From: Amoebophrya sp. A120
Taxonomy: Eukaryota; Protista; Dinoflagellata
NCBI GenBank assembly: GCA_905178155.1
Contig: CAJINV010000008.1
Location: 4,404,577 to 4,454,533, forward strand
Reading direction: 5' to 3'
Length of the DNA stretch: 49,957 nt
A program made the position numbers and the translations under genes. Below are positions 1-11,677 of this stretch, piece after piece. The notes beneath the pieces are model-generated. The model was not told the DNA's origin. It saw nothing but the letters and a program-made list of their open reading frames with translations, and did no database searches. Numbering within the stretch: position 1 is the stretch's first letter; each line of letters starts with the position of its first letter.

Positions 1-857
1 AAGCACCGTCTACTTCGAATATGAAGGCCGTCCACTTCTGCTCAAGAAAATGAATGTACTCGACCGAGTTTAGGGCTTGATGGGTTTTTAAGTATCTGTG
101 CGGCATACCCAACGATATTTTTGCAAATTCAAAGATGACCTCTTCGGGTTTAGGGCTTTCAGTCTCAATACGCAAGAAAAGAGAATAGAAGCTAACGGCC
201 TGTGCCACTTCACGAGCGAAGACCGGTGACTGTCGCGATTCATGATGTCCGTAGGTAGGCATTCGTAAGATGAGCTGCGGAAATCATTGTCTTTCCTCTA
301 CCGCAGCCTTGAGTTTTTGAATGTAAGTGCAAGCACAATCTTCATACGCGATGAGTAGCTGGCTTTTGCGACAGAACGAGAGCGGACTGCGAGTTTGAGA
401 GTTTTGAGTGAACCGTAGCTCCCCTTGCCTTTATTTTTCCCCAAGGAAAAAAATACGCCACCGCATGTGCGCACTGCTTCCGCCTTTGATTTTGTATCTA
501 ATTTTCTGGCGCTTGCAATACTTCCCTGCAAGACCCTTTTAATACTGTGCCGAAACTAAGAGTAACACTTTGTTTCACATGATTGATGTGTTCTTCTGGC
601 TCGAAAAAATTAGCTGCGGGCCCAACCATATATAAGACAAGCGATGAGCGTGTCCCTTAGTAGTGAGCCGCGAAGCAAGATGGCGGGCGGCCGGACTATC
701 GACATCGTATCATACTGCAACACAGCCTCTCACGCCAGCACCTGTTTTGTCATGCGAAGGAATCCTTCCGGCGCCATCCGCTTCTCGGCGGTGGTTCTCG
801 ACTACTAAACACGAGCGAAGGTCAAAGCCAGTGGACCAGTCGGATGTGTAGTGATGA
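1..857. repeat. Dispersed direct repeat, copy 1 (may extend beyond the window start)
   Basis: Co-linear with 14651-15500, with scattered substitutions and small indels. Both start aagcaccgtctacttcgaatatgaaggcc and end ...gtgtagtgatga. Confidence 0.95.
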
Positions 858-1212
858 CCATCGGCGTGGCTAAATCTTCCGACGAGGACTTTTTGGCAAG
901 TGGCTCGATTTCGTTATGAAATTGCAAAAAAAAATCACTCTCACCCCCGCCACTTAATGATTCAAGGAGCAAAAGCAGAGCAGTCACTTCTGCATGATGT
1001 ATCATTCCCGTGCCGCCTCATGTTATATTCGGAGTGCTCTTCCTGCAGTTTATCGATTTCAGGCAAGGCAGTCCTGCTCAAGGCCAACAGGGGCAGCTGA
1101 TGCGCAAACACTATTCTACATGACCATGACAAGGCAGCAAACTCCTGTGCTTTCTTTCGTCCGTTCGGCATGACAACCGTGGGGTACGACGGGGAGTTGC
1201 GCAGAATATTCC

Positions 1213-2990
1213 ATGGCAAGTATCGGCGAGGACCCAAGTAAAGACCACCACTACGCAACTGCTCCTCATCAAGACCAAGAATTTTTGGATGCCGGCCCAA
1301 CTGGTGCCGTTGACCGAGAAACTGCGACCACTTCCACGTATGGTTTTGGGCCGGAAGCGGACGTGCAGCCGGATGAAAATCAAAATGGGGCTCTTTCTCT
1401 GTCTTCTGGAGCCACAGTTTCTTCGTTTCTGGCCTCGACTTCTGCCGGGGAACCCCAGTGTGCCGACAGTGCGTACACGTCCAACACATGCGGCCCCCGC
1501 ACGGACGAGTGTTTCTCGGTGTGCGGCGTCCCCCCGGACGGGGGCGGGCAACTGGACCGGTTTGCTGGGTGGTGCGAAGCCTGCGTGGGGACTGTTAAAA
1601 ACCGCAAAGTGGCGGGGGCATGTTGTCGCAGGGACGGCAAGGACACGTACGATCCCGACGCGTGTCGCTACAGTGGGATCACCTTCAAGCACACGAACTA
1701 TCACGAGTGCGTCGCAGTACCGGGCTGCTTGGCGGAAGCAGAAGTTGCGATTTCCGGGCGCGTGACAATTTCGTATGGGCCATCAGCAGGATCGCAAGGT
1801 GCTCTCAAGTCACGAGCTTTTTGTGCGCAGGCACCGAACCAGCAGTGCCGGTACCTCACGGCGGCGCAAGATTTCACGACTGCTACTTCAACCACGACTG
1901 GTACGGGGACCAGCAGTACCAGTTTCCTCCCTTCGTGCTTCAAGAGGAACGTCGGGAGGAAACCGGATGCGGTATCTGGCACAAAAATAGCCTGGTGCCG
2001 ACAGAAGTGCAATGCTTTACCAGGGTGCAACTTTTTTTCATACAACCACTCACCGTCCGTCGGCGGGTGCTTTCTTTTTGACGCCTGCCCTGACCGGTAC
2101 GGCGCCCCTTACTTCGATAGCTCCCCCTTCAAGACATACGAATGCACGCCCTATCAGCGGTGCAAAGATTGGGAAGAGTCCGGGACGCTGATATGCCCGT
2201 CCGGTCACAGGTACGACAGTTCCCGCGACGACGTGCGATGCGCCGGCGATATCTGCACACAGGCCGCAGACGAGCACACGTGCTGCGTTCCTCTCTGCAA
2301 CTGCGGCTCGGTTGTTGCTAATGGGGTACGGACCTATTATCCCTGGAAACCCAGCAAAAACGCGAATTCGCCCTGCACAGAAGCCAACCCGACGGAAGCG
2401 AATTGCCGGGCCTTTTGCTGTCAAACCGGATGCCAGGAGCCGGCTGAGGCGGACCAGGAGAAGTTCGCGAGCGGTCTAATGCTGAACACCATAGACTGGC
2501 CGGTGACGACGATGAGTGTCGCACCGAGCGCGGCCTGGTCGCAGAACCTGGCTTGCCATACCGACTACGTGCGCGACTCCACAAAAGACAACCAGAACGC
2601 GCGGTGCGACCCGGCCAATAGTCCGCTGCAGTTGCAGGGATGCAACCCCGCGGTGTGTGCGTGCTCTCACGGCCAGCCGGGAGGCTCTTGTCCGCAGTGG
2701 GCCACGCAGCGCTGCGAGCCGGGGTCCTGCGACACTGATAGCTTCTACTTTTACCGCGGAAATTACCCCACTGTCAACAAGCCGTCCTCGACGAGGTTCA
2801 CGCAGTTCCGCCAGTCGTCCTGCTGGCCGAGATGCACCCAAGCGGGGGTCTGCCAGAAGGTAAACGGCCGGCACTACCTTTTGAAAGACTCCACGGAGCC
2901 GTGGCACTCGGCGTCCACAGTACCTGCAAATTTTCAAGACATCTGCTGCCATGCAGGCTGTACGATTCCAGCTGCGGCCGCGCAAGACAG
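1213..2990 (+). CDS. Exon of large Cys-rich mosaic (probably surface/secreted) protein: PAN/apple-like motif, CC-type Cys modules, first ~175-aa Cys repeat. True start uncertain.
   Basis: 602-aa ORF. WCRQKCNALPGCNFFSYN...GCFLFDAC is PAN/apple-like. Phase-2 GT donor at 2991 joins in frame to 3268. Confidence 0.85.
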
Positions 2991-3267
2991 GTTTGTTTTG
3001 GACAGCATCACCACCTATTGAGTCGACGCACTGTGAGGAGACATAGATATCTACTTCCATTGTGATCAATGACACTTGTTCTATCTGTTTTCGCGCGCAG
3101 TTGGTAATATATAATTCCTGATGTGCATTTTTCCTGTCACGCAGCTGCCATCACCACGTTGATGGAAAAAAGTGTCGGGAGAAGCAACTGTTTCTGCGTG
3201 AAGTGAATTGCTCTCCCTTATTCGAATAGAACCTTGACTTTTTCTTGTAATGTACTACTTATTGCAG

Positions 3268-3789
3268 CTTCGCGTCGCAGAATTGGGAGGTGGAAACGGC
3301 AACGATGATGCCGGGCGCGACCTGGAGCCGCAACTATGAGTGTCACGTCGACTATGAGCGGGACTCGACGTATGACAACGCGAACGCCCGGTGCAATCCG
3401 GCCACCAGCCTGGCGATGGAGCTCCGCGGGTGCGTGATGGCGCAGTGCGTCTGCCACCACGGCAGCGCGACGGCCGAGTCCGAGTGCTCCGTGTGGGGCA
3501 CGGAGATGTGCTTAGACACCAGCTGCGACACCGCGAATTACTATTTTTACCGTCCGAATTTCCCCATGACCACCCTGCCCGAGAGCACGCGCAAGACCAG
3601 CGCGTTTCAACAGGCGTCCTGCTGGCCCAAGTGTACCCAGGCAGGGGTCTGCGCCCAGCATAACGACGTCTACTACATTTTGCGGGACAGTGCGGAGTCC
3701 TGGGGCGCTACCAGGGACGCGCCGGCGGATTTTCGTGACATCTGCTGCCACACGGGGTGCAAGGTGCCCAGCGCGGAGGATCAGGAAAA
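3268..3789 (+). CDS. Exon: Cys repeat 2
   Basis: ttgcag acceptor and GT donor at 3790. FASQNW...CHVDYERD...CVCHHG...QQASCWPKCTQAGVC...DICCHTGC is homologous to repeat 1. Confidence 0.9.
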
Positions 3790-4132
3790 GTAGAACTGTG
3801 TTAATTCGCTGCGACAGGAGAATCTGCGTTTGCATAAGAAACTCGAATGCTCTCCTCGTAAAAAGGCCGTTCTGATTGATATGTTCCGCGATCCTCTTTC
3901 AACGAGACAGGACCGCACGCTGTCTTTGTCTTTTTTGTGACCGCGGCGAAACATCACGCGGAACTGACCGAAAGTCATTGACTTGTGTTGCATGCTGAGT
4001 CAATTATTCAAGAGGAATAGACTGAAAAATCAAGAGGAACCAAATGTGTTGCATGCTAAAGACCATCGGCGCTTTTGATCAGGTCGTGGTTATTCATGGA
4101 TGATTACTCAAAAAGCGACCCGCTCATATCAG

Positions 4133-4262
4133 GTTTGCCGCGCAAAATTGGAACACAGAGACCTCTACGATGCTGCCGGCAGACAGCTGGAGCCGAAACT
4201 ATGACTGTCATGTGGACTTCGAGCGCGACTCTGCCGTGGATCATGCGAACGCGCAGTGCTGG
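4133..4262 (+). CDS. Exon: Cys repeat 3, part a
   Basis: atcag acceptor. Translates FAAQNWNTETSTMLPADSWSRNYDCHVDFERDSAVDHANAQCW. Not in the ORF track. Confidence 0.8.
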
Positions 4263-4444
4263 ATATGCAATACAAATCTAATATCGTAATCGTGCGAATT
4301 GAAATTGCATTGCAAAATTTCATTTGCTCTTGTTCTTTGAGAGGTTTAACCTTCAACGTGTACTGCCCGCAAGGCATAGAAACGCGTCCCGTCATGCAAT
4401 AATCGCATTTTTTACGAATGCAATGCTTGAGCTCCGGATACCAA
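4263..4444 (+). other. Non-canonical intron (ATATGC...ATACCAA)
   Basis: Removal restores C-x12-C spacing and the conserved Pro (NAQCWPSASERMKLRGC vs NARCNPATSLAMELRGC). The exact boundary could shift by a few nt. Confidence 0.6.
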
Positions 4445-4576
4445 CCAAGCGCCAGCGAGAGAATGAAGCTCCGCGGCTGCGAAGTCGCACCCTGCGTCTG
4501 CTCTCACGGCTCGCACACAGCCGCCGTAAATTGTCCAGCGTGGGGCAAAGAAATGTGTGTAGCGAACAGCTGCGAC
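4445..4576 (+). CDS. Exon: Cys repeat 3, part b
   Basis: PSASERMKLRGCEVAPCVCSHG...CPAWGKEMCVANSCD aligns with the other repeats. Confidence 0.85.
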
Positions 4577-4784
4577 GTATGCAAGCAAGAATCAAGGTGT
4601 GCGATCTAGTTCCAAGGGTCAGTGCTATTGCAGGGTATGGGGACGGCGCAGATGAGCAAAGCACGGTGACCACGACTCTAGGAGTCATCTTCTCTTCGCA
4701 TCAAACAATAGCGCGCAATCTCACTTGCGCAGACAATTGTCTCTCTGTGGAACTACGACAACACCAATTGCGCTTTCATACACC
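4577..4784 (+). other. Non-canonical intron with terminal inverted repeat (GTATGC...CATACACC)
   Basis: 5' gtatgcaagc vs reverse complement of the 3' end, gtatgaaagc. Removal gives SCD-ED-NFYFFR, matching SCD-TA-NYYFYR and FCD-EQ-NYYFHR. An AG 3 nt downstream is an alternative acceptor. Confidence 0.65.
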
Positions 4785-5044
4785 GAGGACAATTTCTACT
4801 TCTTCCGGCCCAATTGGCCGGTTGCCACGCCGCCGAGCGGAACGCGGTACCCGCCATCTTTCCAGCAGGCGTCTTGCTGGCCCCGCTGCACCCAGAGTGG
4901 GGTTTGCCAGAAGCACGAGGGAGTTTACTACATGCTTCGTGACAGCACCCAGCCGTGGGGTGCCTCGAAGCAGGTGCCGAGCAGCTTCAGGGACACGTGC
5001 TGCCACACCGGCTGCAAGGTGCCCACAGCCGCTGCGCAGAAGAA
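4785..5044 (+). CDS. Exon: Cys repeat 3, part c
   Basis: EDNFYFFRPNWP...FQQASCWPRCTQSGVC...DTCCHTGCKVP. Phase-2 GT donor at 5045. Confidence 0.85.
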
Positions 5045-5298
5045 GTATTTTTGGACAAGCTCGCTTCATGATAAGAAGAGATGGTTCAACTGTTGCATCA
5101 GGGACTTTGGCAAAGTACGGAGGTGGTGTAGAGAACGAATGTAGACCGGAAGTAAGCATCAAAGAATTTTCAAAGCAGAAAGTTAATTCTGTTCTTTTAC
5201 ATGATGGAGTTTGAAAAAATCGAGCATTAGGAAGGTTCAATTTGCGCCGACACATGAAACTATGATCATTGCTTCACGGTGCCAGAAATTCCCTCCAG

Positions 5299-6513
5299 GT
5301 TCGCCTCACAGGATTGGGAGTTCCAGACTTCGACCATGATGCCGGCCCCTTCCTGGAGCCGCAACTACGACTGTCACGCAGACTACGAGCGGGACCCGGC
5401 CAAGGAGAGCTTGAACGCAAAGTGCGACCCGGGTTCGCATTCCGAGATGCAGCTGCAGGGCTGCGAGCTGTCGCAGTGCGTCTGCGAGCACGGGTCCCAC
5501 GTCTCTATGCCCGAGTGCCCGGTGTGGGGCACGCAGATGTGTCGGATCGGGTTTTGCGACGAGCAGAACTACTACTTCCACCGCGCCAACTACCCCGTCG
5601 TGGCACCCCCGGCCGGCACCCGGTACGACAACAGCTTTCAGCAGGCCTCCTGCTGGCCACGGTGCACGCAGACCGGCGTTTGCGCAGCCGAAAACGGACT
5701 GTTTTACAGTCTGAAGGACGCGTCTGAGCCCTGGCACTCCGTGGCCACCACGCCCGCGGATTTCCGGTCGATCTGCTGCTACACTGGCTGTCGGCAACTC
5801 GCCGCGGCGGAGAAAAAGCGGTTTGCGTTGACGGAGCAAGAGTGGGTCGCGATCATGATTCACCCGGACATGCGGGCAGGTGGTCCGGGATACCAGTATG
5901 GGTCCTGCGCGACTGAGTACGAGGGGAGTGTGACCCAAAACACCGGTCTCGCAACGTTCATCTGCAATTTGGCCGACACGCCGATCGCCATCGGAAACAG
6001 CTGCAACCACTGGAAGTGCAAGTGCACGGGTGGCTTGCGCAACCAGGACTTCTCCACCTGCCCGGGCTACAATGTGGAAAATTGCGGCAAGTGCTACAAC
6101 GCCAAGTACAAGCCACGCGTGGTGGACTCGATTGTTAGCCCCACAGGAAAAGAGACCCAGTGTTGGCGCTACTGCGAGGCGATCACCTGCAGCGACTTTG
6201 ACGACCCGGCTACAAGCACTTACTTCCGGCCGAGGCTGGAAAACTTAGGCTCTCCGCACGGGCTGAGTGGGAAGCGAGTGGAGTTTTGCTCGGACCGGAC
6301 GGGCACGGACGCGAATTGCCGGGATTCCTGCTGCGTGCAGAGCTGCCGCAAACCCAGCTCCACGGTGGTGCAGAACATTTTCACCGTCACGCCCTCGTGG
6401 GACGAGCTGGTGCAATCTCCGGCCTTGTATCCGGGGTACGACGCCTGGACCACCAGTAGCGAGTTGAGCTACACCGGACCCGTGACGACCACGTCGACCA
6501 CCAGCACTACAAG
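5299..6513 (+). CDS. Exon: Cys repeat 4, a divergent Cys repeat, and start of Thr tract
   Basis: ctccag acceptor. Lies within ORF 5279..6544, FASQDW...SICCYTGC. Confidence 0.9.
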
Positions 6514-6700
6514 TTACTGGAACAAAACGCATTTAGTATCCTGAAAATTATGCTGCGAGTCACAGAGGCAGATTACAGGGGACTCGTTTAGGGCTCCTTT
6601 TTCGACTTAAATATCTTCAAATAACTTTTCGCCAAAATGATCTTTGTCTTGCAGTCTGTAAGCTGTACTAGGAAAGCGATGCGTTTGTGTGCCATACCAG
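6514..6700 (+). other. Non-canonical (TT...AG) intron with imperfect terminal inverted repeat
   Basis: 5' tactggaacaaaacgcat vs reverse complement of the 3' end, tatggcacacaaacgcat. Phase 2/2 join keeps the Thr/Ser tract in frame. Confidence 0.6.
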
Positions 6701-6790
6701 CACAAGCTCGACAACTTTCACCCAGACCACCTCAACGAGTACCACCTCAACCACTTCCACGACCACCACCACGACAACGTCCACGACTAC
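6701..6790 (+). CDS. Exon: mucin-like Thr/Ser tract
   Basis: TSSTTFTQTTSTSTTSTTSTTTTTTTSTT. Confidence 0.75.
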
Positions 6791-7450
6791 TTATCAGAGG
6801 AAAATCAACAAAGAGGTCTTGAACAGAAGAAAACACCTAAGTATTTCTCTGGTGGTCTATGCGGCTCTCATCCTGTTCAAACCAAGAAAATCAAAAGTAC
6901 TGCGTCGCCATGGTTTTTCAGACAATGACCACGTTTGTTTTGATACTTGTCGGCAGTTTCACAACGCGCTATCCCGAACTGTCGGAAGGCTAGTACGTGC
7001 GAGCGAGACAAAGTGCAGCACTGATGCATGCTCAAAATGCGCAATAAAAAGCTTAGACGTTTGATGTTCCTGCAGGAAAGCATTTTCCTCATCTCCATAC
7101 ACGTACAACCGTTACCACCTCGTATCACGAGGAACTAAAGCTTGGGTCCCCCAACCTCCAGTTGAAAAATACTCTGGGCGGATAAAAGTTTCTTAGCACC
7201 AAAATACCGAGTTTAAGTGCGCGGCAGGGTGAAAAGAAACGAACAGGTGTGGCTCGACGTGCAGTATACAGGAAATTTATTTTTTGCATTGCTCTTCATC
7301 CTGAATGTACAGGTACTCGCGCAGCACTCATGGTGGAAGTGTAGTGCACAGTACTAAAATCATTAACCTTCGCGACAGCGGAGCACGTAAAAGAAGCAAC
7401 ATCAGTTGGAGTACCCTGTGGGACTGGGTTTTTTTTCCGCCTGATACATC
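6791..7450 (+). other. Non-canonical (TT...TC) intron with inverted ends resembling the MITE family at 9154
   Basis: 5' tatcagaggaaaat vs reverse complement of the 3' end, tatcaggcggaaaaa. Phase 2/2 in-frame join of Thr tracts. Confidence 0.6.
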
Positions 7451-9152
7451 GACCACGACTACCACAACTACGGAGACCATAATGCGGGCTTTTGACCTGG
7501 ATTTTACTGTGGACACGGGCGTAATTCCAGAAGACCAAATTTCGCAGCTCGGTGCGAATACCGCGGTCGTCGAGGCGGTCAAAAACGCAACCTTGGCTTA
7601 TCTGGAAAAAGACGGGAACATCAAGCTGGACAAAGCCGATCTCCAGTCGTTTACCGTGACCGCAGGGACGCCAAGTAGTAGCTCGAGTGCAATCTCGGCT
7701 TCTTCTGCCGCGCTGAGTGCAGCGGCCTTTCTGGAGGACGAAGAGGAATTTGCTCGTAGCAACGGCCGTAGTTTCCTCGCGGACTCCGCCGCCCGCAGGC
7801 TCCGGCGCGCTACCATGACGGTGGCGCTTTCCATCGCTTTCACGGCGATCGTTCGCAGTGCTCCAGCCGGCTACGTCTATCAGGCAGCGCCAGACTTGGC
7901 GGGGCTCGTGGCAGCAGAAAATTTGCGCAGTGCGAATTTGAAATCGGCGCTGACCGTCGGCGGGAAAAAGGAAGGAAGCCGGTACGAGGAATTCACCTAC
8001 GAGGCTTGGATCTACCCAACGAGGGAAGATGCAAACCGCAAAGAAATTTTTGGCGGCATATCGCGAGGCTTTTATCTACTTCGTGCTGAGCCGCCGGAGG
8101 TGTGGAATGCGGCGTGCAAAACTGGCTCCGTGTACGACAAGTACCAGCCCGGTCCTGGGGAAGAGTCCCAGGCCAGTCCAGTCAATCCGTACGTGCTCCA
8201 CGTCGGATATACAAGCACCTTCAGCCAGGTTTGCGTCAGGTTCAACCAGTGGACCCACGTGGCGGCGACCATGCGCACGAATGCAGGCTCCCCGACAACC
8301 TATACCCTCGCACTGTATTTGAACGGTGAGAAAGTCGCAGAGAAAGCGGATGTTCCGCCGGCTTCGCCGAACTTCCCGGCGGCCTTTTACCAAAACACCA
8401 TTGGCAGGGGATTTTTGGACAATACCGAAAAGCTTTTCAACGTGCGGCTATGGAAAACCGAACGAACGGCCGCGCAGATCCGCGATTACGCACTAGCTGT
8501 TCGACCCGAACAGATGGACACGAAGACAGACTTGGTGTGGTGGTTTCCGTTGCAGGAGGATTGCAACGCGGCTGGTGTCGTCCCCAGCTTGCCGGGCCCC
8601 GTAACAGCTCCTCCAAGCACGGACGTTTCCTACCCGTCAATCAGCGCCCCTGCCCTGGAACACGCGATGGAGAAGACGCACACTTGCCCCGCTGGGGAGG
8701 CTTCCTGCAGCGGGTACCTTGGCCTGCCTCCCTCCGTACCCAGCCGGCCCGGGAACGCGTTGTGGGCGTTTGAAACTCGCTGGCCCGGCGAATCCGGTCC
8801 GGGATTGACGGACGCACAGAAAAACGACCTGGTGCGGTGCATGGCAGACAGCATGACGGCAGCAAACATCGGAGGCGTTTCGGTGGACACGGCTTCCGCA
8901 GCGATAGAACTGACTGCCGCGCCGATAGAGATCACGGGCAACTTCACCGAAGACGGCGCTGGTGCGCTAACGGCGGAGGCGAAGAGCGCTGAGCTGTCGG
9001 GAGATTTCGTCCTGGACCAGTCAGGACAGACGCCTTTTATCGAGGTTCCAAACGGGCCAAATAGTGAAAATTGGTACGACAGACCAGATAAAGACTGTGC
9101 CTTCGACACCGGCAGCACGGCCACTTTTCGCATTTCCGTCACGACCGCCACT
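7451..9152 (+). CDS. Exon containing a LamG-like/concanavalin jelly-roll domain (~7983-8557)
   Basis: FTYEAWIYP...NQWTHVAAT...LALYLNGEKV...TIG...NVRLWKTERTAAQI...LVWWFPL is the typical LamG_3/pentraxin-like motif series. Confidence 0.85.
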
Positions 9153-9153
9153 G

Positions 9154-9464
9154 TATCAAGAGGAAAAATCCCCCCTCCCCATATCGAACAGGAAATTTGT
9201 GATGCTGGATTTGCTTCCCCAAATCGGCTTGTGTTGCTAGAAGGCCAAGGGACGCACTTGCGGCCTGAATTGCAGGCAATTTGTCATGCTGTTTCCCACT
9301 TCCAGTTGCCTCCTGTCATGCTGAAGATGCAAGGCCTTCTTACGCCAGCCAGCACTACAGTCTGCGTCTTTTCCCTTCTAGCATGACAACATGATTTGTG
9401 GTCACAAATCAGCATCACAAATTTCCTGTTTGAATATGGGGAGGGGGGATTTTTCCTTTCGATA
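9154..9464. mobile_element. MITE-like introner, ~60-bp TIRs, perfect 5-bp TSD CACTG (predicted intron 9153-9468)
   Basis: TIR tatcaagaggaaaaatcccccctccccatat...aacaggaaatttgtgatgctg, inverted at ~9405-9464. cactg at 9149-9153 and 9465-9469. Confidence 0.9.
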
Positions 9465-9468
9465 CACT

Positions 9469-9520
9469 GCTTCTTTCGGCTTGTACGGCACGACGAGGTG
9501 CAGTGGTGAACACGGGCAGC
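9469..9520 (+). CDS. Micro-exon ASFGLYGTTRCSGEHGQ
   Basis: In frame with exon 7451-9152 after removing the element plus one TSD copy. Confidence 0.7.
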
Positions 9521-9521
9521 A

Positions 9522-10698
9522 TATCGAAAGGAAAAATTCCCCCTCCCCATATCGAAAACGAAATTTGTCATGCTGTATTTGAGGTCACAAATCAGATTTG
9601 TCTTGCTGGCGAGGACTGCAGGCCCATATCAGGCCTGAGTAGACAAGTTTTGGCCTAGGCACTTAGCATGGCAGACGTCTACGCTGTAGGAGCAACAGCA
9701 TGACAAACCGCCTGTAGAATGTGGCGGTTGTCTGTGGAGTTGCCTTCATGCAATACAGCGACGATTTGTGGTCTCAAATCTGCATCGCTGCATTTCGTCT
9801 TTTTTTTCCAATAACAAACGCAGACTGTTCGTCTTTTTTTTCCAATAACATGCCGAGCGTGTTTTTTCCTGCGTCCTATCCTCTTTTTTTTTTTTCCCCT
9901 TAACTGAAAGAATCTCTTCTGGTTTTTTGGCTACGATAATTTTCTTCTTGTTCCTGAGAGACCGTTAAGCGTTTTTTCTTCCTCTAGCCTGCGCCTCTGA
10001 TTCTCTGTTGTTTTTTCGCTTTTTTCGCATCGTTGATGATTCCTTTGGCTTTTGTCGAGTCTTAAGCATTTTCTCCCTAGGCCGCTTTACTTGCGATTTA
10101 TAGCCCCTCGCGCCCTTGCTAGCTAGTGAGCCCCTCAGTAAGTTTGTCGCTTTTCTCATCGTCTGGCCCATTACATATTTGCCCTCGTAGTCTAATGGCC
10201 TCCGCTTCATAATCCCAGCCCTAGCACATGCTCTGTTTCTCTCGTGCCCAAATTTCCTCCTGCTTACGTGGTGGGTTTCCCTCCTATCTTTCAACAAATA
10301 CAGACCGCGGGTTTTTTTTTTTTTCAACCTTGCACTTTTTGGATTTTTTCAACCAAACAAAAAAGCAGGTCGCAACAGGGAGAGGGATCATGACTAGCCA
10401 CGTAGATGTCGTTGAACATCCGGCAGGAAAATCCCAACCCTGCAACGTGGTAAGGCAGACGGGAACGCCCAATATACCTTCACTAGATCGCATGCAAACA
10501 GGCCTCGGCACCTGTTTGCATATCGGTCGACGTGAGCACCGCGGCAGCATTAAGGTCAAAATGAAAACTAGGAATGAGATTCCTCGTAAGTTTAGTAGCC
10601 AAAACAAACTGCCGCCATAAAAAAAAAAAAAATCTGCATCACAAATTTTCAGAAGTGTCCCGGTTTGGTATGGGGAGGGGGGATTTTTCTTCACAATA
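9522..10698. mobile_element. Second copy of the same MITE family, TSD CAGCA, carrying ~850 bp of extra internal sequence
   Basis: Left TIR tatcgaaaggaaaaattccccctccccatat. Right TIR tatggggaggggggatttttcttcacaata. cagca at 9517-9521 and 10699-10703. Confidence 0.8.
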
Positions 10699-10702
10699 CA
10701 GC

Positions 10703-10759
10703 AAGCTAAGTCCGACAACAGTGCTTCTTTCGGCTTGTACGGCACGACGAGGAGGCAGC
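10703..10759 (+). CDS. Micro-exon (Q)AKSDNSASFGLYGTTRRQ, a partial duplicate of its neighbours
   Basis: In frame after the TSD. Repeats gcttctttcggcttgtacggcacgacgagg. Confidence 0.45.
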
Positions 10760-10760
10760 A

Positions 10761-11080
10761 TATCAAAAGGAAAAATCCCCCCTCCCCATATCAAAACGAA
10801 GTTTCTGATGCAGGATTTGCGTACACAAAAAAGATTTGTCTTGCTGGAGAGGAATCAGCCCCATACTAAGCCTAAGTAGAGAGGCTCTGGCCTAGGCGTC
10901 TAGCATGAGAAACGTCCGCGCTGTAGGCCCATCAGCACCACAAACCGCCTGCATAATGCGGCAGAGCCTGTGGAGTTGTCTTCTTGCAAGGCAGGCGCGA
11001 TCTGTGGTCTCAAATCAGCAAGACAAATATTCGGAAACATACCTTTTCGATATGGGGAGGGGAAATCTTTCTTTTTGATA
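10761..11080. mobile_element. Third MITE copy, no right-hand TSD
   Basis: Left TIR tatcaaaaggaaaaatcccccctccccatat after cagca. Right TIR tatggggaggggaaatctttctttttgata, followed by gctca. Interior is similar to 9580-9790. Confidence 0.85.
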
Positions 11081-11677
11081 GCTCAGGAGGTTTCACCTCC
11101 TGCAGCTGAGGCCCCCCACAACAGGAGAAACGACCTCGAGGAAGGTCCTGCTGGCAACCGCGTGGCAGCTGCCTCAGCGGAGGGCGAGCAGCAGAATTGG
11201 ATGGATGCTGCAAAGGTGGAGCCCCTCCTACACGGTATTAACCCGACACGTGAACAAGCTGATATCAGCTGGACAAAACATGGCCGCCGCGATCTCAGTT
11301 GTCAAAATGCGTTCTGTCATGAAAATGTATGAAGAAGATTTGCTGCAGACGCAGAGACTACGGCTATGGTATGACAAGCGTGTGCATGCAGTGGAGTCGA
11401 CAGTTGCCACATCGTGAGGCTCGCTGTGGTCATCAACTTTTTCACGCTAAGAGTACATGGATGAGCAGCAACAGGAGAAGCAACAGGACAAGTGTGTGTG
11501 GTGCAAAAATTAGAATTACACACACACACAATAAACTGAAACTTCCTGTTCCTTACGCGCATCTGCAAAAGACATTGCAGCTGGAACAAAGAAAGTATGC
11601 GCAATAGGTCGTGGGCGGGACGTTTTTTCGCAGGACGATGTGCGATGTGGGCACTCAAGCTCTAGCGGCGGAGGCAG

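Noticed and set aside
4263-4441. U12-type AT-AC intron
   Set aside because: The donor is ATATGC rather than ATATCCTT. The 4444 boundary fits the repeat alignment and the shared rule better.
9153-9386. C-terminus of ORF 7305..9386 (VSRGKIPPPHIE...) and its N-terminus 7305-7450
   Set aside because: Read-through into MITE and intron sequence.
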